Positions 1 to 8,921 of a DNA stretch of 32,000 nucleotides are shown here, piece after piece. The notes under the pieces are model-generated. The model worked only from the letters and a program-made list of their open reading frames with translations, was not told the DNA's origin and did no database searches. Source of the DNA: Haloferax volcanii DS2 (GTDB lineage: Archaea; Halobacteriota; Halobacteria; Halobacteriales; Haloferacaceae); contig NC_013967.1 of the NCBI RefSeq assembly GCF_000025685.1, forward strand, positions 2,040,001 to 2,072,000, written 5' to 3'. The position numbers and the translations under genes were made by a program. The first letter of the stretch is position 1, and every line of letters starts with the position of its first letter.

Positions 1-533
1 GGAAGCGCGTAGGCGCGGTGCTCCGGGACGAACAGGCGGACGCTGTCGCGGTCGGCGTCGGGGACGTAGACGGTCGCGTCCTGCAACCCGAGCTCGTCGA
101 CGACGGCGGCGTGGTTGCCCGCGTGCGCGCCGAACACCGACGCGCCGACGCCGACGGAGATGAACCGCTCGGGGCTGAGATATCGGGTCACCGCGGCGGC
201 GAACAGCCCGATAGCCCCGAGGACGACGAGCGTCTCGCGAACGGGCGGAAACAGCGCCCCGCCGAGCAGTCCGGCGACGCCGAGCGCGGTCAGCGCGACC
301 GCGGTCCGCCGGTACTGCCCCTCTCGGAGCGCTTCGTAGCGCTGTCTGAGCCGGACGTTCTCGCGCCGGAGCCCGGCGAGTTCGGCGCGGTCGGCGTCGG
401 CGTCGGGGTCGCCGGTGTCGCCGGTGCCGGTTCGGCCGGCGTCGCCGTCGCGCTCGGTCGCAGCCGACACGACCGCGTGGGTCTCGCCGTTCGCCAGCCC
501 CTCGTCGAGACGGTCGGGGTCGTCCGCGCTCAT
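1..533 (-). CDS. hypothetical membrane protein, 5' part only (gene continues beyond window start)
   Basis: Absent from the ORF track because it has no stop in the window. My hand translation of the reverse strand from ATG 533..531 gives MSADDPDRLDEGLANGETHAVVSAATERDGDAG...RAELAGLRRENVRLRQRYEALREGQYRRTAVALTALGVAGLLGGALFPPVRETLVVLGAIGLFAAAVTRYL...VPEHRAYAL, open down to base 1. It has an acidic N-terminus followed by two hydrophobic helices. Its ATG overlaps the stop of the upstream gene (ATGA at 530-533). Confidence 0.55.
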   Translation of the reverse strand, partial: MSADDPDRLDEGLANGETHAVVSAATERDGDAGRTGTGDTGDPDADADRAELAGLRRENVRLRQRYEALREGQYRRTAVALTALGVAGLLGGALFPPVRETLVVLGAIGLFAAAVTRYLSPERFISVGVGASVFGAHAGNHAAVVDELGLQDATVYVPDADRDSVRLFVPEHRAYAL

Positions 534-1036
534 CGCTCCGCCCCCGGCGCGTCAACGAGACCGAGGGCGACGCGCTCGTATCGGTGGATCCCGTAGGCGA
601 CCGCCGCGGCGAGGACGGCGGCGACCGCCGCGGCCTGCCACGCCCACCGAAGCGTCGACCACAGCGCCCACGCGACCCCGAGGGCGACGACGTAGCCCGC
701 CGCCAGCCGGGCGAGTCGAGCGCGGTCCGGCGGCCACCCGTACGCGGCGCTCGCGAGGAGCGGGAACGCGGCGAGCTGCGCGCCCCCGACCGCGACGAGG
801 CCGGCGTCTCCGAACAGCGAGACGGCGGTCAGTTGGGCGACGACGAACGCGAGCGGTCCCCCGGTCGCCGCCGCCGCGACGAGGACGAGGACGCCGGCGG
901 CGACGCCCCACGGCCCGCTGGCCAGCCCCACCGCGAGCGTGAAACAGAGGACGCCCGCCGCGTCCATCGGGGTGAGCTCGTTCGCGTCCAACACGGTTCG
1001 AATCGTCAGTTCGCTCTGGTTCACAGGTGTCTCCAT
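530..1036 (-). CDS. polytopic membrane protein (uncharacterised), operonic with the DUF58 gene
   Basis: 168-aa ORF. After METPVNQSELTIRTVLDANELTPMD it consists almost entirely of Ala/Gly/Val/Leu-rich hydrophobic helices. Its start is 6 nt after the DUF58 gene stop, and its stop overlaps the next ATG. Confidence 0.6.
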   Translation of the reverse strand: METPVNQSELTIRTVLDANELTPMDAAGVLCFTLAVGLASGPWGVAAGVLVLVAAAATGGPLAFVVAQLTAVSLFGDAGLVAVGGAQLAAFPLLASAAYGWPPDRARLARLAAGYVVALGVAWALWSTLRWAWQAAAVAAVLAAAVAYGIHRYERVALGLVDAPGAER

Positions 1037-1042
1037 CGGTGT

Positions 1043-2470
1043 TCACTCCGCTGTGGTGGCCCGCGCCGTCGCCAGTGCCATCGCGCTCTTCGGGGCGACC
1101 TCGTAGACGGTGACGTTCGGCAGCCGTTCGAGGAGCTTTCTGAACTCCTCGAAGGCGACGAGTCCGGCCGCGAAGTCCGTGGCCGCCGCGTCGGCGGCGT
1201 CGTCGAAGAACGTCGTCGGCGTGAGGAAGACGCTCGTCTGGCTGCTCCGCTTCGATGCGACGACGACCGCCTCGTAGGTCTCGACTTTCGCCGAGTCGTC
1301 GGTGACGAGCACGAGGTGGTCCTGTCTGTTCGACCGCGAGCACGCGGATTTCACCGCGTCGAAAAGCGGCCGGTCGCTGACCCGCGAGACGTAGCTTTCG
1401 CCGTCGCGGAGATACGGGCGGAGCGTCGCCGCGAACGCCGAGTCGTCGTCGAGGAGGCGACTCCGCTTGCGGGCGTCTTCCGGGGCGACCGGGCGGGACG
1501 CGTCGACCGGGCGGCGCGGGCTGGCGGTCGGCTCCATCGAGAGCAGTCGCCGCCGAACCGTCTGGTAGGCGTTCGACGAGGAGGAGGGGCCGAACTCCCA
1601 CTCCATCGCGTCGTCGCCGACGAACTGCGTCGAGACGGGGTCGCCGTGGGACTCCGCGGCGTCGACGAGGCCGAGCGCGATTTCGCGCGCGTACGACAGC
1701 ATCGTCCGCCCGGTCGGGCCGCGGTTCATGTGCGACCCGCAGTCGACCACGAGCGACAGCAGGTAGTCGGACTCAGATTCGAACTCGCGGATGTACGGGT
1801 GGTTCATCCGGGCGGTGGTCTTCCAGTCAATCTGCGACAGCGTGTCGCCGGGGAGGTACTGCCGCGTCTCGTGGGGGACGAGCCCCGGTCCGGTCTGGTC
1901 GCTGGAGTGGTCACCGAACGTCGTGCCGACCAGTTTGCCGCCGCGCCCGACGTGGATTCCCTCGGGGGCCGGCGGTTCGACCAGACAGCGGGCGTCGGCG
2001 TCGAGCGTCACCGACTCGGTGAAGAAGCCGGCGCGCCCGTCGATATCGACGCCGACCTCGTCGAAGGCGATTCGCCCGGCGATGGGGAGTTCGACGCTGC
2101 ACGTGACCGACCCCTCGGTCTCGCCGGGGGCGAGACTGACCGTCCGGCGCGCCCGCTCCGGCGCGTTCACGCTCGGCGGCGCGACGAGTTCGACTTCGAC
2201 GGGCGCGTCGACGGCCTCGGACAGCGACGCCGTCAGCGTCACCGCGGCGCGGTCGCCGACGAACACCGACGTGGGCTCGACCGAGACGGACGCCGAGAGG
2301 TCGCGGTCGACGGCGCGCATCGCCCCGACGGCCTCGACCTGCGCGACGACGAGCCACGCGACGAGACCGCAGGCGGCGACGAGCGGCGTCGGCTCGTCGA
2401 GGACGACCGCGTAGACGGCGAGGAAGCAGGCGACGCCTGCGAGTGCGGCCCACCGGCGGGTCGGAAGCAT
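1043..2470 (-). CDS. DUF58 (vWA-like, MoxR-associated) domain protein with N-terminal TM helices
   Basis: Track ORF 1043..2551. I prefer the Met at 2470 (MLPTRRWAALAGVACFLAVYAVVL...), which gives two N-terminal TM helices. The DUF58-type core is present as I remember it: PGDTLSQIDWKTTARMNHPYIREFESESDYLLSLVVDCGSHM. Confidence 0.75.
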   Translation of the reverse strand: MLPTRRWAALAGVACFLAVYAVVLDEPTPLVAACGLVAWLVVAQVEAVGAMRAVDRDLSASVSVEPTSVFVGDRAAVTLTASLSEAVDAPVEVELVAPPSVNAPERARRTVSLAPGETEGSVTCSVELPIAGRIAFDEVGVDIDGRAGFFTESVTLDADARCLVEPPAPEGIHVGRGGKLVGTTFGDHSSDQTGPGLVPHETRQYLPGDTLSQIDWKTTARMNHPYIREFESESDYLLSLVVDCGSHMNRGPTGRTMLSYAREIALGLVDAAESHGDPVSTQFVGDDAMEWEFGPSSSSNAYQTVRRRLLSMEPTASPRRPVDASRPVAPEDARKRSRLLDDDSAFAATLRPYLRDGESYVSRVSDRPLFDAVKSACSRSNRQDHLVLVTDDSAKVETYEAVVVASKRSSQTSVFLTPTTFFDDAADAAATDFAAGLVAFEEFRKLLERLPNVTVYEVAPKSAMALATARATTAE

Positions 2471-2686
2471 CGTGGATTCGATTCGTGCCCCCGAAGTTGA
2501 ATGTTTGTGTTGGAGCGGGCCGCAGTCGGTCGCGCGGACCCCGCGATTCACGCCGCGGTCGCGGCTTCAACCGGAGGTTAAACCCAACGTTAACGCATCG
2601 CAGTCTGCGAATCGCGCCTCTGAGGTCGCGGCCGAGCGTCAGCCGAATGCCAAAACCCATTACGTCCCCCCGTCTGACTACGAGTA

Positions 2687-4912
2687 GTGCGTGGAGCATG
2701 GGGCCGCCCGGCACGGTTGCTTTGGACGATGTTGGTCGTCGCCTGTCTCGTCGCGACAGCGTCGGCGGCGGCAGTCCCCGCGGGAGCGGCCGCCGACACT
2801 GCCGCGCAGTCCGCGACCGTCCCGGCGTCGCCCGGAGCAGACGCTGACCGGTCGGCACTCGGGACGGCCGCGACCCCGCCGCGACAGACCGGGAACGAGA
2901 CGGACAACAGCACCGGTGTCATCCACGAGAACCCCGACGAGGTCGACGGAGAGAACGAACTCGACCGCCTGCTTTCGTACCTCTCGGGCGAGCTCAACGG
3001 CGACATCGGCGCGAGCACGCTGCGACTCAGTCGGGGCGAGTACGAGGCCGCGCGGGCGGCGCTCGGCGACGACTACGACGACTCGCTCGGCAAGTACGTC
3101 GACGTCGAAGGCGAGACCGAGACCGACGGCGACGGCGCGAGCGAGGAGTACCGGACCGTCGTCGAGACCCAGCGGGCGTACGTCGACACCGTCAGCGAGT
3201 TCCACGAGACCCGTCGCGAGTACGAGGCGGCGAGGCGGGCCGGAGACGACGAGCGCGCCCGCGAACTCGCCCGCGAGCTGACGCGGCTCGCCGAGGACGG
3301 CGAGTCGCAGTCCGACCGACTACTGACGGCGTTCGACGTCATCTCGAACCGGACGGACGGCGACCTGACGGAGAGCAGCACCCAAATCGAGGCGGTGCAG
3401 GCGAACGTCTCCGAACAGCGCGACGAAATCGTCTCCCGCGAGTTCGTCGCCACCAGCCTCACCGTCGACGACTACGACCGGAACATCTCCTTTACCGACC
3501 CGCTCGTGCTTTCGGGGTCGCTCGTCGCCGACGACGGCACGCCGGTGACGGGGTCGACAGCCCGCTTCGCGGTCGGCGGACAGACGATTCGAACCGCGGT
3601 CGACGCCGACGGCTCGTTCGAACTGACCTACCGGCCGGCGCGGATTCCGGCCGGCAGTTCCTCGGTCACCGTCCGGTATCTCCCGAACGACACGTCGGTG
3701 TATCAGGCGACGGAGCGGGTCGTCCCCGTGGCCGTCTCGCAGGTGAACGCGACCGCGGGGCTGTCGGAGCCGGCCGCGCCGGCCTACGGCTACGCCGACG
3801 GCGTCTCGGTTCGCGCGACGCTCCGCGTGAACGGGACGCCGGTTCCGAACTACCCGCTCGCCGCGAGTTTTGCCGAGTCGTCGGCGACCGCGTCGGCGAC
3901 GAACGCGAGCGGCCAGTCGACCGTCTCGACGACCGTCCCGGCGACCGCGACGGGCGCGGCGTCGATTCGCGTCGCGCCCGACGGCGACGGTAGGGCGGTG
4001 ACGTTCGCCCCGGCGGCGGTGTCGGTCCCGCTCGAAACCGAGGGGACGGCGCTCGACGCGAGCGCCCGCGAGGCCGGGAACGGGACGGTCGTCGTCGACG
4101 GCCGCCTCGAAACCGACGAGGGCGAGGCCGTGTCCGGCCAGCCGGTCGCCGTCGGCGTCGCCGGGCGGGAGGTCGCGTCGGCGTCGACCAACGAGTCGGG
4201 GGCGTACCGGGCGACGTTCGACCTCCCGAGCGACGCCAGCGCCGAGAACGCGACCGTCTCGGCCGCGTTCGACGGCGGGGGGACGAACCTCGAATCGTCC
4301 GCCGCGACGGCGAGCGTCCGGCTCGTGGACGGTCCCGCCGCGGCCGGAGCCGGAAACGACGCGTCCGGCGGCCTTCCGCTCGACCTCGCGTGGGTCGTCG
4401 CCGGGACCGCGGTGGTCGGCCTCGTTGCCGCCGTTCTCCTCCGGCGGAACCGCGCCGGCGCGTCGGCGACGACAACGACGGTTGACGACGAACCGACCGC
4501 GTCGGACACCGACGACTCGTCCGAGCCGGACTCGGTGACGACGGGGACACCGGCGCTGGACGCGGCGGTCGACGCGCTCGACGCTGGCCGGCCGAACGAC
4601 GCGGTGGTCGTCGCCTACGCGGGCGTCAGACAGTCGCTCGGACCCGCCGCAGGCGTGGACGACGCCGCGACCCACTGGGAGTTCTGCGACCGGTGTGTCG
4701 ACGCCGGCGTCGCGCCCGCCGACGCGCTCGAATCGTTGACCGCGGGCTACGAGCGCGCGGCTTACAGCGGGCTGTCGGTGAGCGACGAAGCGGCCGCCGA
4801 ACTGGTCGAGACGGCCCGCTCGCTCGCCGGCACGGCAGCGCCCGACGCGACGGACTCGCCAGATTCCGACGGCGATGCGGACGCCTCGGAAGCGGTCGGC
4901 GCGGTCGAGTAG
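2687..4912 (+). CDS. large secreted, membrane-anchored protein with a cytoplasmic DUF4129-like C-terminal domain
   Basis: 741-aa ORF with a GTG start at 2687; ATG at 2726 is an alternative. It has a signal-like N-terminus (LLWTMLVVACLVATASAAAVPAGAA) and an acidic helical region. Repeated beta-rich modules follow (DADGSFELTY, NESGAYRATFDL) with many N-x-S/T sequons. A single TM helix (LAWVVAGTAVVGLVAAVLLRR) precedes a C-terminal WEFCDRCV...AGYERAAYSG segment resembling DUF4129. It is divergent from the DUF58 operon. Confidence 0.6.
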   Translation: MRGAWGRPARLLWTMLVVACLVATASAAAVPAGAAADTAAQSATVPASPGADADRSALGTAATPPRQTGNETDNSTGVIHENPDEVDGENELDRLLSYLSGELNGDIGASTLRLSRGEYEAARAALGDDYDDSLGKYVDVEGETETDGDGASEEYRTVVETQRAYVDTVSEFHETRREYEAARRAGDDERARELARELTRLAEDGESQSDRLLTAFDVISNRTDGDLTESSTQIEAVQANVSEQRDEIVSREFVATSLTVDDYDRNISFTDPLVLSGSLVADDGTPVTGSTARFAVGGQTIRTAVDADGSFELTYRPARIPAGSSSVTVRYLPNDTSVYQATERVVPVAVSQVNATAGLSEPAAPAYGYADGVSVRATLRVNGTPVPNYPLAASFAESSATASATNASGQSTVSTTVPATATGAASIRVAPDGDGRAVTFAPAAVSVPLETEGTALDASAREAGNGTVVVDGRLETDEGEAVSGQPVAVGVAGREVASASTNESGAYRATFDLPSDASAENATVSAAFDGGGTNLESSAATASVRLVDGPAAAGAGNDASGGLPLDLAWVVAGTAVVGLVAAVLLRRNRAGASATTTTVDDEPTASDTDDSSEPDSVTTGTPALDAAVDALDAGRPNDAVVVAYAGVRQSLGPAAGVDDAATHWEFCDRCVDAGVAPADALESLTAGYERAAYSGLSVSDEAAAELVETARSLAGTAAPDATDSPDSDGDADASEAVGAVE

Positions 4913-4973
4913 CGCGCTCGCGGAGCCGCGGGTGACAAATGATTTTTGTGTTCGTGCCTCCCACCTCGGGTAG

Positions 4974-5978
4974 ATGTCGCAGCGCCGAGACTGGCGGTTG
5001 TTCCTCCCCGAGCCTGTCCGCAGCCTTCCGGCCGACCTCGCGGTCGTCGTCGCGGGGGTCGCGCTCACGCTCGTCGTGACGCTCACGCCCGGACTGGCGG
5101 AGACGCCGCTCCGGGACATCGCCGGCTTGGTGTTCTCGCTTTTCCTCCCCGGCTACGCGCTCATCGCGGCGCTGTTTCCCGAGCGCGGCCCGCCGATAGA
5201 CGCCGAGGACCGCGACCGAATGGGCGGTATCGACGGTATCGAACGGGTGGCGCTGTCGTTCGGAACGAGCATCGCCGTCGTCCCGCTCCTCGGTCTCGTC
5301 CTCAACTTCACGCCGTGGGGGATTCGACTCGGTCCTATCCTCGTCACCCTGAGCGGCTTCACGCTCGTCGCGACGGCGTTCGCGGCGACCCGGCGGTCGG
5401 CGCTCCCCGAGGACGAGCGGCTTGTGGTTCCGTACGAGCGCTGGTTCGCCGCCGCGCGCGACGAACTGTTCAGCCCGGCGTCGCGGACCGACGCGATGCT
5501 GAACGTCGTCCTCGTCGTGAGCGTGGTGCTCGCGACCGCCAGCGTCGGCTACGCGGTGGCGGTGCCGAAAGACGGCGAGTCGTTCACCGAACTGTACCTC
5601 CTGACCGAAGACGGGAACGACGAACTCACCGCCGACAACTACCCCGAGGAACTCGTCCGCGGCGAGCCAGCGTCGCTCGTCCTCGGCGTCGGCAACCAAG
5701 AACACCGGACGGTGAACTACACCGTCGTCACCGTGCTCCAGCGCGTCGAGGTGTCGAACAACTCGACGACCGTCCTGGAGTCCGAGCGGCTTCGGACGTT
5801 CACGCCCCGACTCGAACACAACGAGACGTGGCACGAACCGCACGAGGTCCGCCCGACGATGACGGGCGAGCGCCTGCGGCTGACGTACCTCCTCTACGAG
5901 GGCGCGCCGCCGGCGGCACCGACGGCGGACAACGCCTACCGCGAAGTCCACCTCTGGGTGACAGTTCGGGCGGAGTGA
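4974..5978 (+). CDS. DUF1616 family membrane protein
   Basis: 334-aa ORF. The N-terminal TM helices carry the LFLPGYALIAALFPERG motif typical of DUF1616 as I recall it, and are followed by an extracytoplasmic beta-rich domain. A T5 run at 4943-4947 lies 27-31 nt before the ATG and is TATA-like. Confidence 0.6.
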   Translation: MSQRRDWRLFLPEPVRSLPADLAVVVAGVALTLVVTLTPGLAETPLRDIAGLVFSLFLPGYALIAALFPERGPPIDAEDRDRMGGIDGIERVALSFGTSIAVVPLLGLVLNFTPWGIRLGPILVTLSGFTLVATAFAATRRSALPEDERLVVPYERWFAAARDELFSPASRTDAMLNVVLVVSVVLATASVGYAVAVPKDGESFTELYLLTEDGNDELTADNYPEELVRGEPASLVLGVGNQEHRTVNYTVVTVLQRVEVSNNSTTVLESERLRTFTPRLEHNETWHEPHEVRPTMTGERLRLTYLLYEGAPPAAPTADNAYREVHLWVTVRAE

Positions 5979-6169
5979 TAGTGAAAACCGACCGCAGTCG
6001 GGTGGGTCTCGGCTATCTCTCCTTCTGATATTTCGACGCTCCACCCCGAAATCCGCACGAACGAGGGCTCAAATCGTGTAACTCGTTTGTGTTCTAGTTT
6101 TATCACGTCTGATAATCCATGGGTAACGTTTAGGGTACTGCACGCTAAGCTTCCGCCGGCGAAGTCACA

Positions 6170-6817
6170 ATGCGAGACTCTGGAAGGTCGGTTTCCCGCC
6201 GCGGCGGCCGAGGTCCGAAGATAGAACGCATCGCGAATCGCTACGGCCTCGACGGTCTCGGCGACGACCTCGTCGATGCGTGGCTCGGCGATGGCCGAGC
6301 GCAGCGGAGCCTCCGCGAACTGGAAGGCGACGTGAACAAGCGCCTCATCCGGGCCGCACTCGATGAGGCCGGCGCACACGTCCTCGACGGGGAGGCGGAG
6401 AACTTCTACCGCCTCCTGACCGGCGACGACGTGACCGCAGGGAGTCGCACCGACGCGCGGAACACGCTCCGCGAACGCGGCGTCGATGTCGAGCAGCTAG
6501 AGGCCGACATCATCTCCTACCAGTCGGTGTACAACTACCTCAAGCGACACCGAAACGTCGAACGCGAAGACGATGACGACGACGAGACGGACGCCACCGA
6601 GGCGGGACTCGCGACGATTCGAAAGCTCCGGTCCCGACTTCGTACCGTGACCATCGACGTCGTCGACCGCTTGGTGAAGGCCGAGCGGGTCTTCATCGGC
6701 GCGTACGAGGTCGAAGTCGACATCAGAGTCACCTGTACCGACTGTGACACTCGAATGACCCCGACGGCGCTTCTCTCCTCCGGGCACTGCGACTGCGAAC
6801 GCGAGCGAGACGAGTAG
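6170..6817 (+). CDS. rdfA: rod-determining factor RdfA-like protein
   Basis: 215 aa. It sits immediately upstream (35 nt) of an SMC-like gene, as described for Haloferax volcanii rdfA/sph3. The N-terminal IERIANRYGLDGLGDDLVDAWLGDG region and the C-terminal CTDC...HCDC cysteine cluster fit my recollection of the family. No database search was possible. Confidence 0.65.
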   Translation: MRDSGRSVSRRGGRGPKIERIANRYGLDGLGDDLVDAWLGDGRAQRSLRELEGDVNKRLIRAALDEAGAHVLDGEAENFYRLLTGDDVTAGSRTDARNTLRERGVDVEQLEADIISYQSVYNYLKRHRNVEREDDDDDETDATEAGLATIRKLRSRLRTVTIDVVDRLVKAERVFIGAYEVEVDIRVTCTDCDTRMTPTALLSSGHCDCERERDE

Positions 6818-6852
6818 CGATTCGGGCTCACCAACACATCCACATCCGACAC

Positions 6853-8817
6853 ATGAACGATTCAGAGGCACTTCAGGCGGCGACTGTACGCATACGAAAC
6901 ATCGGCGGTATCGACGAGCGGCGCGTCAGGCTCGACCCCGGCGTGACCGTGCTCACCGGCCGCAACGCGACGAACCGAACGTCGTTCCTGCGGGCGCTCA
7001 TGGGCGCGTGCGGGAGCGACGCGATCAGCCTCAAAGGCGACGCCGACGAGGGGTCGGTCGAACTCGAACTCGACGGCCGGACGTACACTCGCCTCCTCTC
7101 GCGTGAGAACGGGACAGTCTCGACCGACGGGACGCCCTATCTCCGAGACGCGGCGACCGCGGACCGCTTTGCGTTCCTCCTCGGCTCGAACGAGGCGCGG
7201 CGGGCGGTCGTCGCGGAGCGCGACCTCTACGACGTCATCATGTCCCTGGTCGACACCGACGCCATCGAGGCCGAAATCGAGCGCCTCCAGTCGCGTCGCA
7301 CGCAGGTCGAGCGCCGACTCGACTCGCTGGACTCGCTCGACGCCGACCGGCGGTCGCTCGAATCGAAACGCGACGACCTCGAAGCCGAAATCGAGGCGCT
7401 CGAAGCCGAGCGGGACGACATCGAAGCCGAAATCGAGGCCGAAGACCGGACGGTCGAGACGCAACGCGAGCACCAAGCCGAATTAGACGAGGTGCTTTCG
7501 GAGCTCCAGTCCGCGCGGTCGGACCTCGAGAGCGTCCGTTTCCGCCTCCAGAGCGAGCGCGAGAGCGTCGAATCGCTCCGCGAGGAGCGCTCCGAACTCC
7601 AGTCGGAACTCGACTCGTTCGACGCCGAGGCGGTCGACCGCGGCGAGGCGAGCGACCGAATCGAGTCGGTTCGGTCGCGCATCGAGTCGCTCAACTCGAC
7701 GATTTCGGAGCTTCAGACCGTCGTCCAGTACACCGAAGACGTGCTCGACGGGAAGGCGGGTCTCGTCGAGGATTCGCTGGGCGCGGACGGCGACGGTTCG
7801 GTGACGGACCAACTCGTCTCGTCGGAGACGACCACCTGCTGGACCTGCGGCACCGAGGTCGACCGCGACCAGATTCGGGGGACGACCGACCGGCTCCGCG
7901 AGGTCAGAGACGAAAAGCGCGAGGAACGCGCCGAGCTCCGCCGCGAACTCGACGAGCTCGAACGCTCGATGCGGGCGGCGGAACAGGCCGAGCGCGACCG
8001 CCGGAAGCTCCGCGATAAACTCCGGCGGCTCGAAGACGAACTCGACCGCCGAACGGGACAAATCGAGTCGCTGACCGACCGGCGCGAGGAGCTCGCCGAA
8101 CAAGTCGACGCGCTCGAAGCCGACGCGTCCGAACTCCGCGGACAGAGCGGAGGGGAAGGCGACCTCATCGAACTCCACAGAGAGCTCAACGAAGTCGAGT
8201 TCGCTCTCGACCGGACGCGCGACGACCTCGCGTCGGTCCACGACGAACTCGACGAACTCGACGACCGGTTCGACGAACGCGAGGAACTCGAACGCGAACG
8301 CGAGCAGGTGAACGAGGAGCTCGAAGCCGCACGGACCCGGATTCGGTCGCTCACGGCCGCGGCGGTCGAGTCGTTCAACGAGGAGATGGAGACGGTGCTC
8401 GACCTCCTCGGCTACGACAACATCGAGCGCGTCTGGCTGGAGCGCGTCGAACGCCGGGTCCGCGAGGGGCGTCGCAAGGTCGAAAAAGCCCAGTTCGAAC
8501 TCCACATCGTCCGCGCGTCCGACTCCGGCGCGGTGTACGAAGACTCCATCGACCACCTCAGCGAAAGCGAGCGCGAGGTCGTCGGCCTCGTGTTCGCCCT
8601 CGCGGGCTACCTCGTCCACGAGGTGTACGAGGAGGTTCCGTTCATGCTCCTCGACTCGGTCGAGGCCATCGACGCCGGGCGCATCGCCGCGCTGGTCGAC
8701 CACTTCGAGCAGTACCCGACGTTCCTCGTCGCGGCGCTCCTCCCGGAGGACGCACAGGCGCTCGACGCGTCGTACCGGCGCGTCACGTGGGGCACCGACG
8801 TGACGCCGGCCGCCTGA
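6853..8817 (+). CDS. sph3: archaeal SMC-like coiled-coil protein (Sph3-like)
   Basis: 654 aa. The N-terminal head has a Walker-A-like GRNATNRTS motif. Two long, highly charged heptad-rich arms span roughly aa 130-300 and 345-500. The C-terminal head has LSESERE (signature-like) and FMLLDSVE (Walker-B-like) motifs. Confidence 0.75.
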   Translation: MNDSEALQAATVRIRNIGGIDERRVRLDPGVTVLTGRNATNRTSFLRALMGACGSDAISLKGDADEGSVELELDGRTYTRLLSRENGTVSTDGTPYLRDAATADRFAFLLGSNEARRAVVAERDLYDVIMSLVDTDAIEAEIERLQSRRTQVERRLDSLDSLDADRRSLESKRDDLEAEIEALEAERDDIEAEIEAEDRTVETQREHQAELDEVLSELQSARSDLESVRFRLQSERESVESLREERSELQSELDSFDAEAVDRGEASDRIESVRSRIESLNSTISELQTVVQYTEDVLDGKAGLVEDSLGADGDGSVTDQLVSSETTTCWTCGTEVDRDQIRGTTDRLREVRDEKREERAELRRELDELERSMRAAEQAERDRRKLRDKLRRLEDELDRRTGQIESLTDRREELAEQVDALEADASELRGQSGGEGDLIELHRELNEVEFALDRTRDDLASVHDELDELDDRFDEREELEREREQVNEELEAARTRIRSLTAAAVESFNEEMETVLDLLGYDNIERVWLERVERRVREGRRKVEKAQFELHIVRASDSGAVYEDSIDHLSESEREVVGLVFALAGYLVHEVYEEVPFMLLDSVEAIDAGRIAALVDHFEQYPTFLVAALLPEDAQALDASYRRVTWGTDVTPAA

Positions 8818-8906
8818 CTGACGTGCCCTGACAGCGCGTGTTCGCGAGGGGTTAGGTGCGTCTCCCGCGTCTCCGCTTCGTCCTATCGTCTCATTTTGCT
8901 CCGATT

Positions 8907-8921
8907 CGTCCCGTCCCGTCC
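8907..8921 (+). repeat. pentanucleotide microsatellite (cgtcc)x3
   Basis: Read directly from the sequence: cgtcc cgtcc cgtcc, inside a C/T-rich non-coding stretch downstream of sph3. Confidence 0.6.

Noticed and set aside
6170-8817. The small protein plus SMC-like ATPase read as an anti-phage or anti-plasmid module (Lamassu/Wadjet-like).
   Set aside because: There is no nuclease, kleisin or other effector gene adjacent, no mobile-element context, and the composition is native. The pair fits the RdfA/Sph3 cell-shape module better.
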